Notes: generated by a model from the letters alone, not told the origin. DNA of 64,000 nucleotides from an uncultured Erysipelotrichaceae bacterium (GCA_947036815.1 CAMQRS010000001.1:80732-144731); one strand, 5' to 3'. Positions 9,288 through 22,925 are shown, numbered from the stretch's first letter. Translations and numbers: made by a program.

Positions 9288-10574
9288 TTATTTATTTGGC
9301 GATAATATTTTTTTACCACCCATGTATGGCTGTAAAGCTAAAGGAATGTTTACAGTTCCATCTTCATTCAGATTATTTTCTAAAAATGCGATTAACATTC
9401 TAGGTGGAGCTGCCACAGTGTTGTTTAATGTATGAGCAAAGTACTTGCCGTTCTCTCCATTAACTCTAACTTTTAATCTTCTTGCTTGTGCATCAGTTAA
9501 GTTTGAGCAACTACCAACTTCAAAATATTTTTGTTGTCTTGGACTCCATGCTTCAACATCACAACTTTTAGCTTTTAAATCTGCTAAGTCTCCAGAACAA
9601 CATTCTAGAGTTCTAACTGGAATGTCTAAGTTTCTAAATAACTCTACTGAGTATCTCCACATCTTGTCATACCACATCATAGAATCTTCTGGTTTACACA
9701 CAACTATCATTTCTTGTTTTTCAAACTGATGAATTCTGTACACACCACGTTCTTCTATACCGTGAGCACCTTTTTCTTTTCTGAAACAAGGAGAATAACT
9801 AGTCATTGTTTGAGGTAATTTTTTCTCATCAATAATTGTATCAATATATTTCCCAATCATTGAATGTTCACTAGTACCTATTAAGTATAGGTCTTCACCC
9901 TCAATTTTATACATCATGCTTTCCATTTCTGCAAAACTCATTACTCCTGTAACTACATCACTACGAATCATGTAAGGAGGAATACAGTATGTAAATCCTT
10001 TATCGATCATAAAGTCTCTTGAGTAAGTAATTACAGCTGAATGTAATCTAGCAATATCTCCCATTAAATAATAGAATCCATTACCTGCTACTTTTCTAGC
10101 GGCATCTAAATCAATTCCTTCAAAAGAATCCATAATATCAAAATGATAAGGAATTTCAAATGATGGAACAATTGGTTCTCCAAATTTTTCAATTTCAACA
10201 TTATCTTCGTCATTCTTACCGATTGGAACACTAGCATCAATAATATTAGGTATCGCCATCATGATTTCTTTTACTTTTTCTGTAAGTTCACCTTCTCTAA
10301 CTTCCAACACTTTTAATTCTTCTGCCATTGCTTGTACTTCTTCTTTTTTTATACTTGCTTCTTCTTTTTTTCCTTGGCCCATTAATGCACCAATTTCTTT
10401 ACTAAATTTATTACGATTAGCTCTTAGAGTATCTGCTTTTACTTGATTTTCTCTTGCTTCAACATCTAAAGCTATTACCTCATCTACTAATGAAAGTTTA
10501 GAATCTCTAAACTTTTTTCTCATATTTTCTTTTACTAATACTGGGTTTTCTCTTAAAAATTTAATATCTATCAT
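9288..10574 (-). CDS. serS: seryl-tRNA synthetase
   Basis: Class II aaRS with an N-terminal coiled-coil arm. MIDIKFLRENP start (ATG 10574, RBS AGGAGG). FRKE, RIHQFEK, TLNNTVAA motifs. Confidence 0.95.
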   Translation of the reverse strand: MIDIKFLRENPVLVKENMRKKFRDSKLSLVDEVIALDVEARENQVKADTLRANRNKFSKEIGALMGQGKKEEASIKKEEVQAMAEELKVLEVREGELTEKVKEIMMAIPNIIDASVPIGKNDEDNVEIEKFGEPIVPSFEIPYHFDIMDSFEGIDLDAARKVAGNGFYYLMGDIARLHSAVITYSRDFMIDKGFTYCIPPYMIRSDVVTGVMSFAEMESMMYKIEGEDLYLIGTSEHSMIGKYIDTIIDEKKLPQTMTSYSPCFRKEKGAHGIEERGVYRIHQFEKQEMIVVCKPEDSMMWYDKMWRYSVELFRNLDIPVRTLECCSGDLADLKAKSCDVEAWSPRQQKYFEVGSCSNLTDAQARRLKVRVNGENGKYFAHTLNNTVAAPPRMLIAFLENNLNEDGTVNIPLALQPYMGGKKILSPNK

Positions 10575-10597
10575 TTTGATTTCCTCCTGTGTAAACA

Positions 10598-10810
10598 AAA
10601 TAAAAGGGTGGCATGTAAAGGGACGATTACTCGTGGTGCCACCCTTTTTTAACTATCATTTAGTCCTTAAAGTGATAACGGTACTACCGGAATCAATTAC
10701 TTAATTCATTGATCCGCTCCTAGGTTGATTTCATCAAATTATTATATTGATTCGCACCGACCATCAATTCTCTTTAATAAACCTTTGATTACTTATCCTA
10801 TTCAACGCTT
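10598..10810 (-). promoter_or_regulatory. T-box leader (tRNA-sensing riboswitch) controlling serS
   Basis: Minus strand has AGGGTGGCACCACGAG (T-box consensus GGGTGGTACCGCG). Terminator is GGGTGGCA...TGCCACCC followed by a T-run just before the serS RBS. Upstream AGAGA motif and a GAAATCAAC candidate specifier loop. TTGACT -35 near 10845. Confidence 0.8.
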
Positions 10811-10846
10811 TATATATAATTACCATATTAAAACATGTAAGTCAAT

Positions 10847-13327
10847 TTATTCTTCTATATTTTCAACTTTTGTTTCTTCAACTTCATTAACAATTTCTTC
10901 TTCCTCTGCTTTTTGAACAACCGCTACCTTAGAAACTGTTTGTTCTTCTCCTACATTTATTAGACGTACTCCTTGCGTATTTCTACTATATACACCGACT
11001 TTTTCAAGTGAAATTCTAATAATGATTCCTTCATTTGTAATAATCATTAGGTCTTCTTCACCATCCACAGCTCTTACTGTAACTAAACTTCCTGTTTTTT
11101 CAGTAATATTAATAGATTTAACTCCTTTAGCACCTCTTGTAGTAAGTCTGTAATCTTCTAATAGAGATTTTTTACCATACCCATTTTCACTAACTGATAA
11201 TAAGTATTTACCTTCTTTATTAGTAGCTACACCAATAACAGTTGATCCATCCGTGTTAAATCCTTTAACACCACTAGCAGATCTACCCATTGAACGAACT
11301 CCAGCTTCATTAAAACGTACTGCTTTACCATTAGATCCAGCAATAAGTATTTCTGTTTGTCCATCAGTTGCTTTTACTCCAATAAGTTCATCTTCTTCTT
11401 TTAAAGTAATTGCAATTTTTCCGTTTTGTCTAATTGACTCAAACTCAGAAATTGGTGTTCTTTTTACAATTCCATTAGTTGTTACAAAGAATAAGAATTT
11501 TGCTTCATCTTTTTCATTATAAGGAACTAACGCTCTTACTTTTTCTTTATCACTTATATTAAGTAGATTTACTACCGGTAATCCTTTAGATGTTCTACTT
11601 CCTACAGGAATTTTATAACCTTTCATACGGTATACTTTTCCTAGATTAGTGAACATTAATAAATGGTCATGAGTAGACATTGTAATTAGAATATCAACTA
11701 CATCATCTTCATTTACACTCATACCTTTTACTCCACGTCCTCCTCTATTTTGAGTACGATACGTATCAATAGGCATACGTTTTATATACCCTGTACTTGT
11801 CATTGAAATAACAATTTCTTCAACTGGTATTAAATCTTCATCTTCTATATCAACATCATGATTAGTAACTTCTGATCTTCTTTCGTCTCCGAACTTCTCT
11901 TTTACATTCATCAATTCAGTTTTAATAATTGTTAATATTCTTTCGTGATTTCCTAAAATATCTTTTAAGTCTTCAATTAAAGCTAATAACCCATTATATT
12001 CATCTTCTATTTTTTCTCTTTGTAATCCTGTTAGTCTTCTAAATTGCATATCTAAAATAGCTTTTGCTTGAATCGATGATAAATTAAATGTGTTCATCAA
12101 TCCATCCATTGCAATACTATCGTCTTTACTTGCTCTAATTAAATTAATTATGGCATCTATGTGATCTAGTGCGATACGTAATCCTTCTAAAATATGAGCT
12201 CTATCTTCTGCTTTTTTAAGTTCGAATTGAGTTCTTCTTTGTGTCACATCAATTTGATGATCTATATAACACTTTAATATTTCTAAAATTCCTAATTGCT
12301 TAGGAGCTCCATTTACTAATGCTAACATATTTACTCCAAAACTTGATTGTAATGGGGTTAATCGATATAACTGATTTAAAACAACTTCTGATTGTACATC
12401 TTTTCTTAATTCTAATACAATTTGAATTCCTTCTCTATTAGAGAAATCATTTAATGATGTTATTCCTTCAATATCTTTATTACGAACTAAATCCGCAATT
12501 TTAGCTACTAAATTAGATTTATTTACTTGATAAGGTATTTCAATAAAAGTTAATTTTGTTTTTCCATTATCTTGTTCTTCAACAATAACTCTACTTCTAG
12601 TAACAACACTTCCTCTACCAGTTTCAAATGCTTGTTTAATTCCACTTCTACCTAAAATAATACCACCTGTTGGAAAATCTGGTCCTTGTATGATATTTGC
12701 TTCCATTAATTCCAATACGCTAATATCTGGATTATCCATAATTGCGATTGTTGCATCTATTGTCTCACTTAAATTATGAGGAGGTATATTGGTTGCCATT
12801 CCTACTGCAATTCCCATTGATCCATTTACTAATAGATTTGGAAATCTTGCAGGAAGTACAGTTGGTTCGCTTTCTTCACCATCATAGTTAGGCGCAAAGT
12901 CTACTGTGTTTTTATTAATATCTTCAATCATTGACATTGCTATTTTAGACATACGTGCTTCTGTATAACGCATTGCAGCTGCACCATCTCCATCAATTGA
13001 TCCAAAATTTCCATGTCCTTGAACTAATGGATATCTAAAAGAAAAATCTTGTGCCATTCTTACCATTGAATCATAAATAGCGGTATCTCCATGAGGATGA
13101 TACTTACCCATTACATCCCCAACAATTCTTGCTGATTTTTTATATGGTTTATCTGCTGTAATTCCTAAATCATTCATAGAATGTAAAATACGTCTATGCA
13201 CTGGTTTTAATCCATCACGAACATCAGGTAGAGCTCTAGCTACTATGACAGACATTGAATAATCTAAAAAGGATTCTTTCATATCTTGAACGATATCATA
13301 TTTTATTACTTCATTTTTATCTTGCAT
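10847..13327 (-). CDS. gyrA: DNA gyrase subunit A
   Basis: 826 aa. [24 protein letters not shown] active-site Tyr region, C-terminal beta-pinwheel repeats. Confidence 0.97.
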   Translation of the reverse strand: MQDKNEVIKYDIVQDMKESFLDYSMSVIVARALPDVRDGLKPVHRRILHSMNDLGITADKPYKKSARIVGDVMGKYHPHGDTAIYDSMVRMAQDFSFRYPLVQGHGNFGSIDGDGAAAMRYTEARMSKIAMSMIEDINKNTVDFAPNYDGEESEPTVLPARFPNLLVNGSMGIAVGMATNIPPHNLSETIDATIAIMDNPDISVLELMEANIIQGPDFPTGGIILGRSGIKQAFETGRGSVVTRSRVIVEEQDNGKTKLTFIEIPYQVNKSNLVAKIADLVRNKDIEGITSLNDFSNREGIQIVLELRKDVQSEVVLNQLYRLTPLQSSFGVNMLALVNGAPKQLGILEILKCYIDHQIDVTQRRTQFELKKAEDRAHILEGLRIALDHIDAIINLIRASKDDSIAMDGLMNTFNLSSIQAKAILDMQFRRLTGLQREKIEDEYNGLLALIEDLKDILGNHERILTIIKTELMNVKEKFGDERRSEVTNHDVDIEDEDLIPVEEIVISMTSTGYIKRMPIDTYRTQNRGGRGVKGMSVNEDDVVDILITMSTHDHLLMFTNLGKVYRMKGYKIPVGSRTSKGLPVVNLLNISDKEKVRALVPYNEKDEAKFLFFVTTNGIVKRTPISEFESIRQNGKIAITLKEEDELIGVKATDGQTEILIAGSNGKAVRFNEAGVRSMGRSASGVKGFNTDGSTVIGVATNKEGKYLLSVSENGYGKKSLLEDYRLTTRGAKGVKSINITEKTGSLVTVRAVDGEEDLMIITNEGIIIRISLEKVGVYSRNTQGVRLINVGEEQTVSKVAVVQKAEEEEIVNEVEETKVENIEE

Positions 13328-13338
13328 CTATAGTCCTC

Positions 13339-16345
<3,007 letters not shown>

Positions 16346-16349
<4 letters not shown>

Positions 16350-16549
16350 TGAACAGTGTATTTATTACCTTCTATAGTTAAATTATCATTAGGATATAAT
16401 TTTCTTCCTCTTCTATTTTCTAACTCATCATTTACATAGATTTCAAGTTCTTTAACAGCAAATTTTGCTTCTCCACCACTTGAAATAATATCAGCTAGTT
16501 TTAAAAATTGCCCTAACGTAATATACTCAGTTTGAATTTTTATTTTCAT
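16346..16549 (-). CDS. yaaA: S4-domain RNA-binding protein YaaA
   Basis: 67 aa. ITLGQFLKLA...GGEAK...V.VNDE...RRGRKL. Conserved position between dnaN and recF. Confidence 0.75.
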
Positions 16550-16617
16550 GTTTTACCTCATTTTCAATCCCCATAATTATAGCATAAAAACGCTTTTTTT
16601 TCTATTTATAATTGGGA

Positions 16618-16663
16618 TAAAAAAAAGGATATGATTTCATTCAAATATCATATCCTTTTTTTT
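16618..16663. terminator. bidirectional terminator after dnaN
   Basis: AGGATATGAT / ATCATATCCT stem with an 11-nt loop, A8 on the left and T7 on the right. Confidence 0.75.
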
Positions 16664-16723
16664 GTTTACATTTATAATAAATGATAGTTAATATAGTTAA
16701 TATAGTTAATTATTGAATTTACT

Positions 16724-17842
16724 TTATGCGTAAGTTCTAACAGGAAGAACTAATTGTATTAAGTTATCATCATCAATTGATTTAATAATAAAGGGTTTCA
16801 TTTCACCATTAAAAGATATACTTACTAATTGGCTTTTAATTACTTTTAAAGCATCAAACACATATTTACCATTAAATGATATTTCTAAAGAATCTCCTTC
16901 ATAAGAAGCAGTAGATAATTCTTCAATTGCACTTCCTACTTCTTTAGATTTACTTGATAATATACATTCATTAGTTGTTAGATTCAAACGAATAACACTA
17001 ACTCCATCAGTTTTAATAAAACTAATACGATCTATTGCAGATAATATTTCTTTAGAATCTAAAGTTAATACATATTCAAAACTATTCGGTATTAGTTTTG
17101 AAGTATCTGGATAGATACCATCTATTAATCTAGTTTGTATCATCACGTTATTTAAAACAAATTGTATTTTTTTATTAGATAAACTTATTTTAACTTCTTC
17201 TTGTTTATCTAAAGACTTCATTACTTCATTTAATCCTTTAGCAGGAATCGTAATATCAAAAGTTAATTTATTATCTATTTCTACAATTTTTTTACTAAGT
17301 CTATAACTATCTGTCGCTACGCAAACTAATCTATTATCAATACAAGAAAAATTAACACCTGATAATACAGGTTTTGTTTCTTTTTCACTAGTTGCAAAAG
17401 TAGTTTCATGAATTATAGTTTTTAAAATGTTTGATTTCATATTAAAAGAAGATTCACATGGTGAAAAATCTAATGAAGGATATTCATTTGCATACATTCC
17501 ATTTATTTTATATTCAGATTTATTACCACTTATTTTTGTAGTACAACCATCTAATATCTCAATCTCTATTAATTCTGAATCTATTTTTCTAACGATATCT
17601 AAAATATATTTAGCTTCTATTACAATACTTCCTGTTTTAAAAATTTCTAAATTATTATGTTCGTTTTTAACTAAATTTGTTTTGATAGAAATATCTGAAT
17701 CACTACCTATTAAACATATATCATTATTACTAACTTCAAATTTAATTCCTGAGAAAGCAGGTAATGGTGAATAATTAGATATTGCTCTTGATACAGTTAC
17801 TAATGCATCATAAAATTCTTTTTTGTTTATTTTGAAATACAT
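16724..17842 (-). CDS. dnaN: DNA polymerase III beta sliding clamp
   Basis: 372 aa with the three-domain clamp pattern. C-terminal LVLPVRTY. Conserved position after dnaA. RBS AAGGAGG. Confidence 0.95.
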   Translation of the reverse strand: MYFKINKKEFYDALVTVSRAISNYSPLPAFSGIKFEVSNNDICLIGSDSDISIKTNLVKNEHNNLEIFKTGSIVIEAKYILDIVRKIDSELIEIEILDGCTTKISGNKSEYKINGMYANEYPSLDFSPCESSFNMKSNILKTIIHETTFATSEKETKPVLSGVNFSCIDNRLVCVATDSYRLSKKIVEIDNKLTFDITIPAKGLNEVMKSLDKQEEVKISLSNKKIQFVLNNVMIQTRLIDGIYPDTSKLIPNSFEYVLTLDSKEILSAIDRISFIKTDGVSVIRLNLTTNECILSSKSKEVGSAIEELSTASYEGDSLEISFNGKYVFDALKVIKSQLVSISFNGEMKPFIIKSIDDDNLIQLVLPVRTYA

Positions 17843-17867
17843 GGTATTCCTCCTTATAAATATTTTT

Positions 17868-17971
17868 CTATTAATACTACTATTAGTAGGTGGGAATTGT
17901 GGAAAAATACAAATTCCCCTTTGTTTACTATACTATTTTAACAAAATTAACTGTGGGAATAAAGTGGAAAT
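17868..17971 (-). other. oriC, dnaA-dnaN part: DnaA boxes plus candidate DnaA-trio unwinding element
   Basis: Plus-strand boxes are TGTGGAAAA (17898-17906), TGTGGGAAT (17952-17960) and AGTGGAAAT (17963-17971). On the minus strand TTTTCCACA is followed by ATTCCCACC and then TAC TAA TAG TAG TAT TAA TAG (17888-17868). Confidence 0.65.
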
Positions 17972-19317
17972 TAATCAACATTTAATTTTTGTTTAATTTG
18001 AAAAATAGCCTTTTGATAGGTTTCTTTACTTTTTAATAACTTACACATTTTATCATGACTAGACATAATGGTTGAATGATCTCTATTTCCAAATTCACCA
18101 CCTATTTTTTTAAATGGCATGTCTAGTAATTCTCTACATAAATACACAGCTATATGACGTGCATTAGCTATATCTGCTGTTCTTGATTTAGATTCTATCT
18201 GTTTTTTAGTAATATTATAGTAACTACATACTACTTTTTTTATTTTATTTGCTGTTACTTCATCATTATTTGTAGAGATAGGATTGTTTTTAAAACAATT
18301 TTGAGCAAATTCTTCATCTATAATCTCTACACTATATAAAATAGCTTTAAATAATAATTCATTTAATGCACCTTCTAATTTTCTTACGTCTTCATTAAAC
18401 TTACGTGCTATAAAATATAGAGCATCGTCAGTTATATTGATTTCTTCATTTCTGTTATTTATTTTTTTTCTTAAAATATTAACAGCAGTTTCAAATTCAG
18501 GGCTATCGATTCCAATTGATAAACCTGATGTGAATCTTGAAATAATACGGTTATTTATATTATTTAATTCTGATGGGTAAACATCACTTGTTAATATAAT
18601 TTTCTTATTATCACTCACTAGTTTATTGTAGATATTGAAAAATAGTTCTTGAGAATCATTTGTTTTAGCAAGATGCTGAATATCATCAATTAATAGGAAG
18701 TCTAATTGCGTCATTGCTTTAATAAGTAGATTTCCTTTTTTACTATATAATGATTTAATTATTAAATCTATTAAATCATTACCATCTACATATAAATATT
18801 TTTTATTTGGATAGTTTGTCTCCAAATAATTACATATAGAATGTAGTAAATGGGTTTTACCAAGCCCAGAATTACCATATAAAAATAATGGATTAAACAT
18901 ATTCTGATCCAAATTAGAAGCACAAGTAAATGAAGAAGCATAGGCAGCTTTATTACTTGAACCTTGTATAAAATTCTCAAACGTATTATCCTTAATAACC
19001 TTATTTCCATTCTCATATATAAATTGATAATCATCATTATTTTGTAACTTATTATCGATATCCTTATTTGATAACACTTTACATTTCAAATCTCTTTGCA
19101 TTTTTTCTTTTAATATTTCTTCAAAATATCGTATATTTAAATTTATAAAATTTTTAGAAGTACTAAAAGGAACTTTAATAATTACATATTCATCAGTAAT
19201 ATCATATAAAGATGAATCTTTTATATAAGAAGAAAAAGTGGCAGTATCAAAAATTTCGTTATTTTGTATTGTAGCTAGTACTTCATCCCAAATAACGGAA
19301 GTATTGTTTTGTATCAT
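17971..19317 (-). CDS. dnaA: chromosomal replication initiator DnaA
   Basis: 448 aa. Walker A GNSGLGKTH, LLIDDIQ, domain IV ...IANARHIAVYLCRE...GGEFGNRDHSTI. Confidence 0.97.
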   Translation of the reverse strand: MIQNNTSVIWDEVLATIQNNEIFDTATFSSYIKDSSLYDITDEYVIIKVPFSTSKNFINLNIRYFEEILKEKMQRDLKCKVLSNKDIDNKLQNNDDYQFIYENGNKVIKDNTFENFIQGSSNKAAYASSFTCASNLDQNMFNPLFLYGNSGLGKTHLLHSICNYLETNYPNKKYLYVDGNDLIDLIIKSLYSKKGNLLIKAMTQLDFLLIDDIQHLAKTNDSQELFFNIYNKLVSDNKKIILTSDVYPSELNNINNRIISRFTSGLSIGIDSPEFETAVNILRKKINNRNEEINITDDALYFIARKFNEDVRKLEGALNELLFKAILYSVEIIDEEFAQNCFKNNPISTNNDEVTANKIKKVVCSYYNITKKQIESKSRTADIANARHIAVYLCRELLDMPFKKIGGEFGNRDHSTIMSSHDKMCKLLKSKETYQKAIFQIKQKLNVD

Positions 19318-19400
19318 AAAGTCCTCTTTTTTCTTTTAATAATAAGTACATTCTATATTATTTTATTTCATAATACTACTTTAATTTTTGTAAGAAATAA

Positions 19401-19714
19401 TTATCCACACTTAAAAAAGTAGTATTATGGCTTAATTATTCATATTTAGAAGTTTTCCACATATTTGTTTTGTGGAAAACTATTCCTGATTTGTGGATAA
19501 AAGTATTCAACGTGGAAAAAAAATAAAGTATTCCATAATAAATTAGTTTTAAGTAGTTTTCCCAGTTATATTAAGTGCTATAAAACGCTATATATAAAGG
19601 TTTATTTAAACTTTTTAGTGTTTTCCACATGTTGTGGAAAACACGGTGCAAAAAGGGGGTGGAAAACATCGAAAAGTTATAAACATTTGAGAAATTACAA
19701 ATAAAATCTCCACA
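19401..19714. other. oriC, upstream DnaA-box cluster (rpmH-dnaA intergenic)
   Basis: Perfect TTATCCACA at 19401-19409 and TGTGGATAA at 19492-19500. One-mismatch boxes are TTTTCCACA (19454, 19621) and TGTGGAAAA (19471, 19633). Weaker boxes are CGTGGAAAA (19511), GGTGGAAAA (19658) and ATCTCCACA (19706). Confidence 0.85.
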
Positions 19715-19870
19715 TTTTTATAAGAGTGTTGATAACTTTAAAAAAATCGGTATTATTTAATCAAATATAATGAAAATAATAAGTTGTGATTGACTTTTTT
19801 TATTATATTAGTTATAATCAAATGGCAATGTTGATTTTTAAAAAATTAAGAGAGAATTGGAGGTGTCCCT

Positions 19871-20005
19871 ATGAAAAGAACGTATCAACCATGTAAGAGA
19901 AAACATCAAAAAACTCATGGATTTAGAGCTCGTATGAAAACACCAGGAGGACGTAATGTATTAGCACGTCGTCGTCAAAGAGGTAGAAAAGTTTTATCAG
20001 CTTAA
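19871..20005 (+). CDS. rpmH: 50S ribosomal protein L34
   Basis: 44 aa, below the ORF-track cutoff. [54 protein letters not shown]. Confidence 0.92.
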   Translation: MKRTYQPCKRKHQKTHGFRARMKTPGGRNVLARRRQRGRKVLSA

Positions 20006-20011
20006 ACAAGT

Positions 20012-20046
20012 AAAAATAACTTCAGGTAAACTGAAGTTATTTTTGT
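20012..20046 (+). terminator. hairpin plus T-run between rpmH and rnpA
   Basis: AAAAATAACTTCAG gtaaa CTGAAGTTATTTTT. Confidence 0.7.
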
Positions 20047-20070
20047 TTATATAAGACATTAGGAGAAGAT

Positions 20071-20412
20071 ATGAAAAAGAAGTTTAGAGTAAAAAAATCT
20101 GAAGAATTTGAGACTATAATAAAGAATAAAAAATTTATCGTTGATCCTGCTATCGTTTTATATATAAAATTAAAAGAAGAAAATAAAAGTAGAGTAGGAA
20201 TAACAGTGAAAAATAAAGTAGGTAATGCTGTTGTTCGTAATAAAGTAAAAAGACAAATTAGAATGATGGTCCAAGAAATATATGATTTTAATGAAAATTT
20301 TGACACTATTATTTTAATAAAAGAAAAATATAAAGAAAATGATTATGAAATTAATAAAAAAGTATTAGAAAGATTGTATATTCGTGCGAAAAAAGTTAGA
20401 ATGGATAAGTAA
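20071..20412 (+). CDS. rnpA: RNase P protein component
   Basis: 113 aa, basic. GITVKNKVGNAVVRNKVKRQIR (RNR motif region). Follows rpmH. Confidence 0.9.
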   Translation: MKKKFRVKKSEEFETIIKNKKFIVDPAIVLYIKLKEENKSRVGITVKNKVGNAVVRNKVKRQIRMMVQEIYDFNENFDTIILIKEKYKENDYEINKKVLERLYIRAKKVRMDK

Positions 20413-20437
20413 CTAAATTTATATGAAGGAGAACAAA

Positions 20438-21334
20438 ATGAAAAAATTTATAAACGACAATAAAAAATTATTTTTTATGAGTGTTTTATTGTTAATGTTT
20501 GTAACAGCATGTGCAAACGTTAGAGATAGCGACGGTAATACACTACCAGAAATGTTAATCACATTAGAAACACCATTTTTAGAATGTATATCAGATAGTT
20601 GGTTTAATTTATTTGTATGGCCAGTGGCGCAATTAATTAACTGGGTAGCTGTCTACTCAGATGCAGGGATTGGAATTATAGTAGTTACTTTGTTATTGAA
20701 TCTTGGTATTGCAGCAATGTCAATTAAACAACAAGTAGCAACTCAAAAAATGCAAATCATACAGCCAGAAGTTCAAAGAATTCAAGCTAAGTATACTGGA
20801 AAAACGGATCAAAATAGTAGAGTTAAACAAGGGAATGAAATTAATGCACTTTATAAAAAATATGATGTTAATCCATTTGGATCAATATTAACGATGTTTA
20901 TTCAGTTGCCTATCATCTTATCAGTTTATCAAGCAGTAATTAGATCACAAGCCGTAAATGAAGGATCATTCCTAGGACTTGATTTAACAAGAACTCCAAC
21001 AGAAGGTGTATTAGCGTTTGATGATCAATCAATATTTGTAGCTATTATATTTTTATTAATGGTTTTATTTCAGTTTATTTCTATGAAATTACCTCAATAT
21101 TTACAAAAGAAACGTACTGAAAAACAAGCAATTAAAACTAAAGATTATGCAAATCCACAAGCAAAAGGTGGAATGGCAGGTCAGATGAATATGGTAATGT
21201 ATATGTCATTGATTATGGTAACTTTCGTATCATTAAGTTGGCCATTAGGAATGTCTTTCTACTGGATGGTAAGTGCATTCTCAAGAATTATACAAAATAT
21301 AGTAATTCAAAAATTCTTTATAAAAAACATGTAG
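20438..21334 (+). CDS. yidC: membrane protein insertase YidC/SpoIIIJ family (lipoprotein)
   Basis: Lipobox LMFVTAC. Conserved YidC core (NPFGSILTMFIQLPI..., SFYW). I prefer the start at ATG 20438 after AAGGAGA. Confidence 0.9.
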   Translation: MKKFINDNKKLFFMSVLLLMFVTACANVRDSDGNTLPEMLITLETPFLECISDSWFNLFVWPVAQLINWVAVYSDAGIGIIVVTLLLNLGIAAMSIKQQVATQKMQIIQPEVQRIQAKYTGKTDQNSRVKQGNEINALYKKYDVNPFGSILTMFIQLPIILSVYQAVIRSQAVNEGSFLGLDLTRTPTEGVLAFDDQSIFVAIIFLLMVLFQFISMKLPQYLQKKRTEKQAIKTKDYANPQAKGGMAGQMNMVMYMSLIMVTFVSLSWPLGMSFYWMVSAFSRIIQNIVIQKFFIKNM

Positions 21335-21343
21335 GAGAAAAAT

Positions 21344-21949
21344 ATGAATATATACACAGGAAAAACTTTAGAAGATGTTTTAAAAAAAGTCTCTGAAGAA
21401 AAAAAAGTTAGTATAGAAGATATTACTTATCAAATAATAGAAGAAAAATCAGGATTTCTAGGTTTAGGAAAATTAATCACAATTAGTGCATATTGTAAGA
21501 ATGATATTAAAGACTTCATTTATAGTTATTTAATGAGTTATTTTGAAAATATAAATATGGATGTTTCTTTAGAAATAGAAGAAGATAATAATTTCTATAA
21601 ATTAATCCTTAACGGTGAAAACAATGCTATTCTAATTGGTAAAAATGGCCAGACATTACAGGCTTTTAATACAGTTATTAAAGCTGCTGTTTCAGGGAAA
21701 TTTAAGAAAAGAGTTAGTATCTTAGTAGATGTTAATGGATATAAAGACAAAAAATATAAAAAAGAGTGTTATTTAGCCGAAAGAGTTGCAAAAACAGTTG
21801 TAAGAACTAAAACAGATGCAACATTAGATCCGATGCCAAATGATGAAAGAAAAGCAGTGCATAATCATTTAGGTAATTTTTCTCATATTTCAACAATATC
21901 AGAAGGTGAAGGAAACCAAAGAAGATTAAAAATTTGCTTTGTAGCTTAA
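21344..21949 (+). CDS. jag: Jag/KhpB RNA-binding protein (Jag_N, KH, R3H)
   Basis: 201 aa. KH-like IGKNGQTLQAFN, R3H-like ...PMPNDERKAVHNHL. Follows yidC. Confidence 0.85.
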   Translation: MNIYTGKTLEDVLKKVSEEKKVSIEDITYQIIEEKSGFLGLGKLITISAYCKNDIKDFIYSYLMSYFENINMDVSLEIEEDNNFYKLILNGENNAILIGKNGQTLQAFNTVIKAAVSGKFKKRVSILVDVNGYKDKKYKKECYLAERVAKTVVRTKTDATLDPMPNDERKAVHNHLGNFSHISTISEGEGNQRRLKICFVA

Positions 21950-22065
21950 ACATTAAGTAAAACTTAAAAAAATTGATAGTCATTGTATTATCGGTTCTTT
22001 AAATTGTAGTGTTGGTGGAGTAAAATCTATTACTAAATAGGCTGTAATCTAGGTATGAAATGAAA

Positions 22066-22620
22066 TGAACCCCAAAAGTTGGACAACCAATTTAGGAGGT
22101 TCATTTTTTTATGACAAAACTTACGAGAAACAAAAAAATACAAATATATAAGCTTAGAAAACAAGGAGAAACCCTTGTTAATTTAGCAAAAAAATTTGAT
22201 ATCAATATAAACCATATAGGGTATCTAGTTAAACTCATTGATTATCACGGAGTAAAAATACTCAGTAAAAAGAAAAATAGGCATTATAATCAAACACAAA
22301 AGAAAATTATAATTGATGAAGTTCTCTTATCCAATAGATCTGTTATGTCTACATCAATCAAATATGGATTACTATCTAATGGAATGTTGTTTAACTGGAT
22401 TAAATTATATAAGTCCAACAATTATGATATAGTAGAAAAGAAAAAAGGAAGAATTTCTACTATGAAAAATTATATTGATAAATCAAAAGAAGTTAAAACA
22501 AGCGAAGAGCTACTAATAGCAAAAGATAAAGAGATATTATATCTACAAGCGGAGAATGAATATCTAAAAAAGCTTTATTCCTTAATGCAGAAAGAAGAAT
22601 AGCAACAAAAAAAAGAGAAA
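22066..22620 (+). mobile_element. IS3-family insertion sequence remnant (left end and orfA only)
   Basis: Candidate left inverted repeat starts TGAACCCCAAAAGTTGGACAA at 22066. orfA is intact and ends at an A-rich slippery-like run (CAAAAAAAAGA). No orfB/DDE coding sequence follows. Confidence 0.6.
22111..22602 (+). CDS. IS3/IS150-group transposase OrfA (HTH + leucine zipper)
   Basis: 163 aa. Two HTH-like segments and a C-terminal LYLQAENEYLKKL zipper, typical of IS3 OrfA. Confidence 0.8.
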   Translation: MTKLTRNKKIQIYKLRKQGETLVNLAKKFDININHIGYLVKLIDYHGVKILSKKKNRHYNQTQKKIIIDEVLLSNRSVMSTSIKYGLLSNGMLFNWIKLYKSNNYDIVEKKKGRISTMKNYIDKSKEVKTSEELLIAKDKEILYLQAENEYLKKLYSLMQKEE

Positions 22621-22622
22621 CC

Positions 22623-22784
22623 TATCATAGTTACGGTGAGGAATTTAATATAATGATTCCTACTAGCTTAACTCATACATTTAGTGGTTGGTATATAGAT
22701 AAAATGTTTACAACGAGATTTACAGAAACTCATATGGGTGAATCAGCGATTAAAATTTATGGGAAATGGATACCAAAACCCTAA
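22623..22784 (+). pseudogene. 3' stub of a surface-protein gene (one Listeria-Bacteroides type repeat)
   Basis: The frame reads YGEEFNIMIPTSLTHTFSGWYIDKMFTTRFTETHMGESAIKIYGKWIPKP*. This fits the F.GWY.D...T..F......LYAKW repeat. It has no start, signal peptide or RBS and abuts the IS remnant. Confidence 0.6.
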
Positions 22785-22925
22785 GAAATAGTCGAATATA
22801 TCAATCAATCAAGACATCACATCTAGATAAATTAAGAGTATAGGATATGAATATCCAAACTAAATAATACTTATTATTTGTTTGAAAAGTGATGTGATTA
22901 CATTGTAAAACAAAGTATGTTTAAA

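Noticed and set aside
10725-10916. 63-aa plus-strand ORF spanning the serS leader and the gyrA 3' end.
   Set aside because: The region is explained by the minus-strand T-box leader, its promoter and the gyrA C-terminus.
16685-16711. Three tandem copies of TAGTTAATA (the last is TAGTTAATT) just downstream of the dnaN stop.
   Set aside because: Only 27 bp of pure AT-rich sequence with no flanking structure or second locus. I cannot distinguish it from slippage noise.
18786-19037. 83-aa same-strand alternative-frame ORF inside dnaA. Similar cases are 28439-28672 inside the MATE gene, 32995-33186 inside the J-protein gene, 45697-46026 inside the nitroreductase gene and 37155-37340 opposite mutS.
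   Set aside because: These are embedded in strongly supported coding frames. There is no independent start signal and the composition is odd.
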